DNA of 64,000 bases from Candidatus Dormiibacterota bacterium (lineage in GTDB: Bacteria > Chloroflexota > Dormibacteria > Aeolococcales > Aeolococcaceae). The stretch covers positions 2,752,001 through 2,816,000 of the forward strand of contig OY970355.1 in the NCBI GenBank assembly GCA_963718525.1, given 5' to 3'. The translations under genes were made by a program, and so were the position numbers. A model generated the notes under the pieces. The model saw only the letters and a list, made by a program, of their open reading frames with translations, had not been told where the DNA came from and did not search any database. Position 1 is the first letter of the stretch. Every line of letters begins with the position of its first letter. Below are positions 20,416 through 28,185 of this stretch, piece after piece.

Positions 20416-21810
20416 ATGCAGCCCTCCGCGCTGACCACCATCGGCTACATGCTGACCGCGATCAGCTTCATGTTCGGCATCCAATTGCTGCGCTCGCCGG
20501 CGACGGCGAGGACAGGAAATCGCATTGCGGCGATCGGCATGCTCCTCGTGCTCGGCATCACCGCAGCGCTCATTCACAACACGAGCAACTGGCCGCTGAT
20601 CATTCCTCCGATCGTCGTCGGTACGGCCATCGGCGCGGTGTCGGCGCGGCTCGTGCGGATGACCGCCATGCCGCAGATGGTGGCGCTGTTCAACGGCATG
20701 GGCGGCGGCTCGGCCGCGCTCATCGCCGTGCAGGACTTCCGCACCGCCGTGGCCCACGGGACCGCGACACCCGATATCGCGTGGGCGATCATGGTGAGCT
20801 GCGTGATCGGCTCACTCAGCTTTGCGGGCAGCCTGGTTGCCTTCGCAAAGCTGCAGGAATTGATGCCCGGGCGGCCGCTGACCTATCGGTTGCAGAGCGC
20901 CGTGAACGGGTTGCTGCTGCTGGTCATTCTCGCGCTCGGCGTCTACCTCGTCGTCGCCAACCAGAACCTGACGCTGTTCACCGTGTTCGTCATCCTTGCA
21001 CTGATCCTCGGCGTGCTGTTCGTAGTGCCGATCGGCGGCGCCGACATGCCCGTGATCATCTCGCTGCTCAACTCGTTCACGGAACTCGCCGCCGCCAGCA
21101 CGGGGTTCGTGCTCAGCAATGACGTGCTCATCGTCAGCGGTGCGCTGGTGGGTGCGTCGGGAACCATCCTCACCCTGGCGATGAGCAAGGCGATGAACCG
21201 ATCGCTGTTCAACGTGCTCTTCAGCGGCTTCGGTTCCAAGATCGAGTCCGCCGGCAGCGCGGCCGGCACTGATGGCGGCAGCATCCATCCAACCACCGTC
21301 GAGGACGTTGCCCCGCTGCTCGCGTTCGCGCAACTCGTGGTGTTCGTCCCCGGCTACGGCATGGCCGTCGCGCGTGCGCAGCACGAGGTCAAGGAGCTCG
21401 CCGACGAGCTCGAGAAGCGCGGAGTGACTGTCGAATACGCGATTCACCCTGTCGCTGGACGCATGCCCGGTCACATGAACGTCCTGCTGGCCGAGGCCAA
21501 CGTGCCCTATCCACAGCTCAAGGAGATGGATGAGGTCAACGGTGACTTCCCCCGAACCGACGTGGCGGTCGTGATCGGTGCCAATGACGTCGTCAACCCC
21601 GCGGCACGCACCCAGACCAACAGTCCCATCTATGGGATGCCCATCCTCAACGTCGACCAGGCGAAAACCGTCGTGGTGATCAAGCGCAGCATGGCGCCGG
21701 GATTCGCGGGCGTTGACAACCCGCTGTTCTATAAGCCGAACACCCTCATGTTGTTCGGCGACGCACGCACCGCCGTCGCTTCACTGATCGCCGAGGTCAA
21801 GAAGCAGTAG
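20416..21810 (+). CDS. pntB: NAD(P) transhydrogenase subunit beta
   Basis: MPQMVA, IGGADMP, PGYGMA, HPVAGRMPGHMNVLLAEA. Confidence 0.95.
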   Translation: MQPSALTTIGYMLTAISFMFGIQLLRSPATARTGNRIAAIGMLLVLGITAALIHNTSNWPLIIPPIVVGTAIGAVSARLVRMTAMPQMVALFNGMGGGSAALIAVQDFRTAVAHGTATPDIAWAIMVSCVIGSLSFAGSLVAFAKLQELMPGRPLTYRLQSAVNGLLLLVILALGVYLVVANQNLTLFTVFVILALILGVLFVVPIGGADMPVIISLLNSFTELAAASTGFVLSNDVLIVSGALVGASGTILTLAMSKAMNRSLFNVLFSGFGSKIESAGSAAGTDGGSIHPTTVEDVAPLLAFAQLVVFVPGYGMAVARAQHEVKELADELEKRGVTVEYAIHPVAGRMPGHMNVLLAEANVPYPQLKEMDEVNGDFPRTDVAVVIGANDVVNPAARTQTNSPIYGMPILNVDQAKTVVVIKRSMAPGFAGVDNPLFYKPNTLMLFGDARTAVASLIAEVKKQ

Positions 21811-22198
21811 GCGGCAGTTTCCCGGCGGACGCGACGCTGCGCAGGGCATTGAGCAGGTCCGCCGGCGCGGTGTCCTTCACGACATAGCCGACGGCGCCGC
21901 TCTTCAACGCTTCCACCATGCGCTCGTGGCCGCCAAATGAGGTCAGCATCATCACCCGGGTACCCGGTGCCTTCTCGACGAGCCGCCGGGTCGCCTCGAT
22001 GCCGCCCATGCCGGGCATGGACAGATCCATCAACACCACGTCAGGGTGGAGCTCCTGAGCCATCTCGAGGGCCTGTTCGCCCGAATCGGCGAGGCCGACC
22101 ACCTCGATGTCAGGCTCGTGACCGAGAAACGAGGCAAGCCCCTTGCGGACGACCGGGTGGTCGTCCACGATCATGACGCGAGTCGCTTGAGGGGCCAT
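21797..22198 (-). CDS. Single-domain response regulator (NarL-type receiver, no output domain)
   Basis: VDDHPVVR, MDLSMP, LTS and K are present; the protein ends at 133 aa with no LuxR HTH. Confidence 0.9.
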   Translation of the reverse strand: MAPQATRVMIVDDHPVVRKGLASFLGHEPDIEVVGLADSGEQALEMAQELHPDVVLMDLSMPGMGGIEATRRLVEKAPGTRVMMLTSFGGHERMVEALKSGAVGYVVKDTAPADLLNALRSVASAGKLPPTAS

Positions 22199-22210
22199 CC
22201 GTCACCCACT

Positions 22211-23710
22211 CTACTCGATGGGCAGCGTCAAAACGACAAGCGTTCCTCGACCCGGTTCGGAGTCGATGGTGAGCGTGCCTCCGGCGTCCTCGGCGAGCTC
22301 GACGATTGCCGCGGTGCCGAGGTGTCCTTCGGCTCTTCGGCGCTCGACGTCCTTCTCGCTGAAGCCTTTTCCGTCGTCCTCGATGCTGAGGACGGCGGAG
22401 CCGTCCTCCGTGGTGAGATGCACTTTCACGTTCTTTGCGTGCGCGTGCGCCACGACGTTGCGAAGGATCTCGTGCGCCACCCGGAAGATGAGCGCTCCGC
22501 GGTCTTCACGAAGCCTGAGATTCGGCGGCAGGTCGAGCTCAGTGTTGGTTCCCTTGCGCTTCATCTCGCGCAACACCTCGAGGAGCGCAGCCTGAAGGCC
22601 CTCCCGGCGAAGCGTCGGCGGCGCCAGTTCGATGATCAGCGTGCGCAGATCCTTCATGGCGCCGCGGGTCTCCGTCGCTGAGATTTCCAGAAGCTCGAGC
22701 AGGTTGTTGTCGCCATGCTTGTCGTCCGGCGTCAGGCGCAGATGGGACGCCTCAGCGGACAGCGCGAAGGCCATCCCGGCCAGGTTCTGGACCACTCCGT
22801 CATGAAGGTCGCGAGCGATGCGTCGCCGCTCCGCCTCGGAGGCTTCGACCGCTTTTTGGAGCAGTTCCTCGCGTTCCTTCTGATGCGCGGCGCGCTGCTC
22901 CTCGTAGGCGTTCACGCGACGAGCGAAGATGATGAGGAAGCCGTGCAGCAGGATGACCGGCGCCAGTAGGGCCATGAATCCCACGGTTTTGGCGTCGTTG
23001 TACATGGTCACGAAGGCGAATGCAGCGAAACCGTAGCCGATGCTGTATGGGAGTACCGACAGACGTCCTCGCAGGACGCGCGTGATGGGGACGTGGGGGT
23101 CCGACAGGTGAATGACCACTGCGACGAAGCCGGAGTTCACCGTGAAGTGGACGAATCCCGCGGCCAGCCCCGCCAGCAGGGCTGAACCTGTTCCGCGTCC
23201 GTTGCCGGGACCGTTGACCCACACGAAGACGAGCCACGCCGCGACGTTGGCAATGAATTCGTTCGCCATGTTGAAGCTCGTTCGAAACCAACCGTTGTGG
23301 TTGCGAACGGATACGCCGATCGGCTCGGCGAGTGCGCCGACCGCCGCGCCTGCGGGACCGAACGTCACCGAAAGGCCGAGGTGGACGAACGCCGTCGGAA
23401 CCCACGAGACATTTGCCGGCGGAGCTGACCTGATCGCGAAGACGGCCATCAGGAAGATGGTCATCCCCGCCACCACGAAGGTGGTGTAGTCGACGGTCAC
23501 CCGCACCCTCAGCACGGAGATCACCGCTATGGCGATTGCCGCCACGACCGTCGCGCCGACATACGCAACCAGCCCAAGGTTGTAGTCGACTGGTCCGAGC
23601 GCCGGCGACTTGGGGAGAAGGTCCAGGCGCCGAATGGCCAGCACTGCGCTGCGAAACCAACCGCCCTTTTCAGCCCCATGCGTCCGCGGCGCGATGATGT
23701 CCTGCGCCAT
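22211..23710 (-). CDS. Membrane sensor histidine kinase (polytopic sensor + HisKA_3 + HATPase)
   Basis: About 7-8 hydrophobic segments; ERRRIARDLHDGVVQ H-box; DDGKGF; start could be 23737. Confidence 0.92.
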   Translation of the reverse strand: MAQDIIAPRTHGAEKGGWFRSAVLAIRRLDLLPKSPALGPVDYNLGLVAYVGATVVAAIAIAVISVLRVRVTVDYTTFVVAGMTIFLMAVFAIRSAPPANVSWVPTAFVHLGLSVTFGPAGAAVGALAEPIGVSVRNHNGWFRTSFNMANEFIANVAAWLVFVWVNGPGNGRGTGSALLAGLAAGFVHFTVNSGFVAVVIHLSDPHVPITRVLRGRLSVLPYSIGYGFAAFAFVTMYNDAKTVGFMALLAPVILLHGFLIIFARRVNAYEEQRAAHQKEREELLQKAVEASEAERRRIARDLHDGVVQNLAGMAFALSAEASHLRLTPDDKHGDNNLLELLEISATETRGAMKDLRTLIIELAPPTLRREGLQAALLEVLREMKRKGTNTELDLPPNLRLREDRGALIFRVAHEILRNVVAHAHAKNVKVHLTTEDGSAVLSIEDDGKGFSEKDVERRRAEGHLGTAAIVELAEDAGGTLTIDSEPGRGTLVVLTLPIE

Positions 23711-23753
23711 GCGACCGATCCTATTCCGCTCGCGCAAGACGACAGGGGTTGCG

Positions 23754-23767
23754 TGACAACATTGTCA
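23754..23767. promoter_or_regulatory. Inverted repeat TGACAA-N2-TTGTCA upstream of the kinase gene
   Basis: Perfect 6-bp arms in the divergent intergenic region. Confidence 0.4.
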
Positions 23768-23883
23768 GCGCGTCACGGAGAAAACCCTGTCCCATCCTCA
23801 CGTTTGACGCGTTGTTTCGCGTGCAGCGCGTCGCTCGCGTCAGTAATGTCAACGCGAAAACTCAGCGAAGAAATGTGAACGTG

Positions 23884-23901
23884 AGATCAGACGTCTGGTC
23901 T
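23884..23901. promoter_or_regulatory. Near-perfect palindrome AGATCAGACGTCTGGTCT, candidate operator
   Basis: 18-bp dyad with one mismatched pair, 25 nt upstream of a TACAGT -10-like hexamer (23927-23932). Confidence 0.45.
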
Positions 23902-24002
23902 TAAGCCCAAAGAACCTCCGCAGGGTTACAGTACGCGCAACACCCACGCGCCGACGGTCAGGTCTCACGCTACCCGACGGCGCATTTTCTTAGGAGGTTC
24001 CC

Positions 24003-24035
24003 ATGGCTACTTGGGGCGACGTCGACAACTGGTAG
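24003..24035 (+). CDS. 10-aa peptide MATWGDVDNW
   Basis: AGGAGG SD at 23992-23997, 5 nt before the ATG; an in-frame TAG at 23991 fixes the length; a hairpin follows. Confidence 0.65.
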   Translation: MATWGDVDNW

Positions 24036-24048
24036 ACCCTAGGGTTGC

Positions 24049-24072
24049 CCGGCACTCACTGTAGAGCGCCGG
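24049..24072 (+). terminator. GC-rich hairpin after peptide 1 (no U-tract)
   Basis: CCGGCACTC-ACTGTA-GAGCGCCGG, one mismatch. Confidence 0.45.
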
Positions 24073-24281
24073 TGTGACGATCTATTGGGTAATTGCGTGA
24101 CAGGCCTTTAACGGGTCGATCGCGTCATTATCACGGAGGGGGCCCACGGGCGGGCTGCCGGGTGCGCAACTGCGGCGCATTCGGCTCCGGGTTGGGTCCG
24201 CTCGCGTACGCTTGCGTCGCGATTGAGCACTCCAAAAAGGAAACGACGCTGAGGTCCTCGGCGGATGCGTCCACCGACCGT

Positions 24282-25466
24282 TTGAGCACGCATCGAGGTG
24301 TGCTGAGGCCCCCTGTTCGACTGCTCATCGCTGCTGGGACGTCCTTCTACGGGGACTGGCTCACGACGGTGGCCCTGGTCGTGCTCCTCTACCGCGTGAC
24401 CCAGTCCCCGCTCGGACCCGCTGTGTACATGCTCGCCCGGGTGGCGCCCAGATTGATCGGACCATTCCCGGGCGGCGCGCTCGCTGATCGGTTCGGACCC
24501 GCCCGTATCGCGGCCGTCTGCGCGGTGCTGCAGGGGCTGCTGACCGCATCAATCGTGGTGCTTGCCGATACCGGGCTCATCTGGCCGATCTTTGTGGTGG
24601 TGGCGTTGGCCCAATTCCTGAGCTCTGCCGCGCAACCGTGCTACGGGGCCCTGGTCCCCCGGGTCACCGATGCGTCGGGCCTGGGCAGGATCCAGGGCAT
24701 CTTCGCGGCGCTGAACAGCTCCAGCCTGATGATCTCGCCGGTGATCGGTGCGCTGCTGCTCCCCTTCCTGGCCCCGGAGGTGCTGATCGCCATCGACGCC
24801 GGCACATTCTTCGTCGCGGCCGCACTGGTTGGATCACTCGCCGGCGTCGGACGGGCGACGCCAGGGCAGGCTGGGAGCACTCGGGGCATGTCGGCGGGGA
24901 TTCCGATCGTCTTTCGCGATCCGATGCTTCGTTTCCTCGGCGCCGCGTACATCTCCAACGCCGCTGCGGTGACCGCCTTGCAGGCCGTGCTGGTCGTTGC
25001 CGCGGCGCAACGCTTCGGCCATGACACAGCGGTGGGCTGGCTCTACGCCGCGGTTGGAGCCGGTTCGCTGCTGGGAACGTTCCCGGTGATCCGTCGAACG
25101 CCCGAACGAGTGACGCAGCTCCCGATCATCGCGGCGACCGTTCTTGAACTCGTCCCACTGGCCGCGTTCGTCTTCGTGACGAACATCGCACTCGCAATCG
25201 TCCTCCTGTTCATCAGCGCCACCGGGGCTACGCTGTACCAGACGAGAGGCGCGGTCGGCCTGCAGCAGCGCGTGCCACGCGACCTGTTGGGACGGACGAC
25301 CGCAGTCGAGCGCTTCGCGGGATCGCTCGGGATGCTGCTTGGCGCAATTGCCGCGGTCTCGCTGGTTCAACCGCTCGGCTGGCAATCGACGGTGCTCATT
25401 GTCTGCGCGCTTGGCGCGACCTTGCTGTTCGTCACAGCCGTGAGCGAGGGCGACAGTCCGGACTGA
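24282..25466 (+). CDS. MFS exporter 1 (DHA3/MFS_3-like); start uncertain
   Basis: SFYGDWLT, GGALADRFG motif A, LQQRVPRDLLGR; about 12 TM segments. Confidence 0.85.
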   Translation: MSTHRGVLRPPVRLLIAAGTSFYGDWLTTVALVVLLYRVTQSPLGPAVYMLARVAPRLIGPFPGGALADRFGPARIAAVCAVLQGLLTASIVVLADTGLIWPIFVVVALAQFLSSAAQPCYGALVPRVTDASGLGRIQGIFAALNSSSLMISPVIGALLLPFLAPEVLIAIDAGTFFVAAALVGSLAGVGRATPGQAGSTRGMSAGIPIVFRDPMLRFLGAAYISNAAAVTALQAVLVVAAAQRFGHDTAVGWLYAAVGAGSLLGTFPVIRRTPERVTQLPIIAATVLELVPLAAFVFVTNIALAIVLLFISATGATLYQTRGAVGLQQRVPRDLLGRTTAVERFAGSLGMLLGAIAAVSLVQPLGWQSTVLIVCALGATLLFVTAVSEGDSPD

Positions 25467-25661
25467 CCGTCCCGGGCGCTCATCAGGTGCGAGTCAACGT
25501 GCTGGGTAGGTTGGCAAAGAATTGTACAAGTTGCGTGAACGGTTGTTAACTCGCCCCAAGCCCGCCGAACGTGGCGAGTGTCAACCAGCCACCCTGAAGT
25601 GGCCACCTCGCCATTGATGTGTCGAGAATTCTGGTGTCGGCGGTATCCATTGGAGGCGGTT

Positions 25662-25688
25662 ATGGCGGACGGCGCGGCCTGGGGCTGA
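25662..25688 (+). CDS. 8-aa peptide MADGAAWG
   Basis: GGAGG SD at 25652-25656, 5 nt before the ATG; followed by an intrinsic terminator; same position relative to MFS2 as peptide 1 has to MFS1. Confidence 0.6.
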   Translation: MADGAAWG

Positions 25689-25704
25689 GCCCCACTTCGT
25701 TGAC

Positions 25705-25727
25705 CCCCGAGCTTGCTCGGGGTTTTT
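25705..25727 (+). terminator. Rho-independent terminator between peptide 2 and MFS2
   Basis: CCCCGAG-CTTG-CTCGGGG followed by TTTTT. Confidence 0.85.
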
Positions 25728-25801
25728 GAATCCGTTGGTGCGACGTCGTGAGTCAGCTCACGACGTCGCGCTTCGTTTCGGCCCCTGCACCCGGAGTGGA
25801 T

Positions 25802-27142
25802 ATGCCGATCGACGCGGCGCGATTCTTTCCTCGAGCCGCAGGCACGCTGCCGAAAGCTGATCGATCAGCGCGGCTGCTGCTTGCGGCCGGAGTCTCGACG
25901 TACGGCGATTGGTTGACCGTGGTCGCGCTCACCGTCCTGCTGTTCGGGATCACCCATCAGGCAGAGGCCCCCGCGCTCTACATCGTGGCGCGATTCGCCC
26001 CAAAGGTGCTCGGTCCAAACCTCGGCGGCGCGCTCGCCGATCGCTTTGGACCGAGCCGGGTCGCCGGCTGGTCAGCACTCGCGCAGTGCGTGCTGGTCTC
26101 CGGCATCGTCATCCTTGCGAACACCGGGACCGTCTGGGCGATTCTCGTGACGGTGGCCTGCGCGGGGTTCCTCGGATCCGTCGCACAGCCGGCGTACAGC
26201 GCATCCATTCCGCGAGTCACTCCGCCGGCCCGGCTCCTGCGCGTCAACGCGATCTACAGCGGTCTGTTCGAATCGAGCGTCCTCGTTGCACCGGTGATCG
26301 GTGCGCTCGTGATGCCGCTCATCAAGCCGCAGATCCTCGTCAGTGCCGACGCAGCCTCCTTCCTGATCGCAGGAGTGCTCATGCTCTCGCTCCGGGTCGG
26401 TCCTGCGGAGACCGTTGCATCGCGCGCCGGCGATCGCTCAGGTGCACGAGCCGTGCTGGCTCGAGACCCGATGCTGCGTGCGCTCGCCGCCTCGTTCTTC
26501 TGCAGCGCCGCTGCGATCACGACGCTCCAGGCAGTGCTGGTCGTCGCCGCCGTCCAGCGCTTCGGGAGCGCCACCGACGTCGGCTGGCTCTACGCGGCTG
26601 TCGGGGGCGGTGAAGTCATCGGCAGTCTCGTGCTCCTGCGGTCGAGCCCGCGCACCATCCGCGCTCGGGGTGTCGCCTTCGGCTTTCTCGTCGAGGTGAT
26701 CCCCATCGGCCTCTTCGCTTTCATCAGCGGCATGCTCCCGGCGATCGGCCTGCTCTTCGTCAGCACCGCAGCCGCCGCGATCTATCAAACACGCGGCCAG
26801 ACCGCCCTCCAGCAGCGCGTCCCCCCGGAGATGCTCGGGAGGGTCAATGGCCTGCTTCGCATGCTGCTCTACCTCGGCATGCTGGTCGGAGCCGTCGCCG
26901 CTGCAGTCCTCGTCGAGGCGATCGGCTGGACGGTGCTCGTGCTGGGAGCCACGACGGTCTCGGTCGTCGCCTTCGTCCCCGCGGCCCTCACCTACCGGCG
27001 GGGTCCACGGCGTCCCGACGAGGTCAACCTCGCCGGGACACCAATGGTGCCGGTCTCAGGTCAGACCGCGACCGCCTCGCGGGCTTCCTTCTCGATCGGC
27101 AGGCCCACGGAGTTTCCCCACTCGCTCCACGACCCGTCGTAG
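25802..27142 (+). CDS. MFS exporter 2, paralog of exporter 1
   Basis: STYGDWLT, GGALADRFG, LQAVLVVAA, VGWLYAAVG and LQQRVP blocks shared with MFS1; ATG 25802 follows GGAG (alternative GTG 25748). Confidence 0.87.
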   Translation: MPIDAARFFPRAAGTLPKADRSARLLLAAGVSTYGDWLTVVALTVLLFGITHQAEAPALYIVARFAPKVLGPNLGGALADRFGPSRVAGWSALAQCVLVSGIVILANTGTVWAILVTVACAGFLGSVAQPAYSASIPRVTPPARLLRVNAIYSGLFESSVLVAPVIGALVMPLIKPQILVSADAASFLIAGVLMLSLRVGPAETVASRAGDRSGARAVLARDPMLRALAASFFCSAAAITTLQAVLVVAAVQRFGSATDVGWLYAAVGGGEVIGSLVLLRSSPRTIRARGVAFGFLVEVIPIGLFAFISGMLPAIGLLFVSTAAAAIYQTRGQTALQQRVPPEMLGRVNGLLRMLLYLGMLVGAVAAAVLVEAIGWTVLVLGATTVSVVAFVPAALTYRRGPRRPDEVNLAGTPMVPVSGQTATASRASFSIGRPTEFPHSLHDPS

Positions 27143-27930
27143 TTGCTGACGCGCGGGAAGCCGAGCAGGTACGTGAGCACGAACCATGTGTGCGACGAGC
27201 GCTCACCGATGCGGCAGTACGTGATGACCGTCTTGTCGTCGGTGACGCCCTGCGCGGCGTAGAGCTCGCGAAGTGCATCGGCCGGCTTGAACGTGTCGTC
27301 GTCCTGGATAGCCTGCGCCCATGGGATATTCGCAGCGCCGGGAATGTGCCCGCTGCGCTGGGCGCCTTCATTGGAGTACTCCGGCGGAGCTGAGATCTCG
27401 CCCTTGAACTCCGCGGGCGAGCGCACGTCGACGAGCGCCCGGCCCTCGACGCCGAGCGCCTTCTCGACATCACCGCGGAAGCTGCGGATGGACGTATCGG
27501 CCTCCGGTGCTCTGTACGAGCTGGCGGCGAACGACGGCATCGCCTCGGTGACCTCGCGACCCTCGTCGATCCACTTGCGACGCCCGCCGTTGAGCAGGCG
27601 AATGTCGGCGTGGCCGTAGATCCGGAAGGTCCAGAACGCAAATGCGGCGAACCAGTTGCGGAAGTCGCCGTACAGCACGAGCGTGGTGTCGGGGGTCGCG
27701 CCGATCCTCGACAGGAGCTGCTCGAACTGCTGCTTCGACAGGATGTCCCGTCGTACGGGGTCGTTGATGTCCCGCTTCCAGTCGACCAGCGTCGCGCCGG
27801 GGATGTGCCCCAACTCGTACGCGGCCGACGGGTCGTAGTCCACTTCGAGTATCCGCACCTGCGGGTCGGAGAGGTGATCGGCCAGCCACTGGGTGGTGAC
27901 CAGAACCTCTGGATGGGCGTATTCGGTCAT
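27061..27930 (-). CDS. Thiosulfate sulfurtransferase (CysA-type rhodanese)
   Basis: YAHPEVLV, GHIPGA twice, CRIGERS loop, YDGSWSEWG. Confidence 0.93.
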   Translation of the reverse strand: MTEYAHPEVLVTTQWLADHLSDPQVRILEVDYDPSAAYELGHIPGATLVDWKRDINDPVRRDILSKQQFEQLLSRIGATPDTTLVLYGDFRNWFAAFAFWTFRIYGHADIRLLNGGRRKWIDEGREVTEAMPSFAASSYRAPEADTSIRSFRGDVEKALGVEGRALVDVRSPAEFKGEISAPPEYSNEGAQRSGHIPGAANIPWAQAIQDDDTFKPADALRELYAAQGVTDDKTVITYCRIGERSSHTWFVLTYLLGFPRVSNYDGSWSEWGNSVGLPIEKEAREAVAV

Positions 27931-28185
27931 GAGGGAATGCTCCTGTTGCTCTTGGCTGTTCCTGCGCGGTGATCTGCCGCACGGTTGCGAGATGTCTGAC
28001 GCGGGGCCCTGCGCCGTCGCGTACCCGGACTCACGAGGCCTAGGCTGGACAGCTTGCCCTGTCGGACCGGCAGCGTCCCCAGTCGAGCCAGCGACGGCGC
28101 GTCAGCCGCGGTGTCTCGTCCATGTCAGCCGGATGGTATGGAATCCCATGCGCGGAAGTCAAGTTTTCATGACTTCCCTGCGGAG

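Noticed and set aside
25620-25646. TGTCGA as an ECF42 -35 for peptide 2
   Set aside because: No CGTC/CGAC -10 at the expected spacing.
25617-25688. Longer 23-aa version of peptide 2 from ATG 25617
   Set aside because: In frame but has no SD, whereas ATG 25662 has GGAGG at 5 nt. Not fully excluded.
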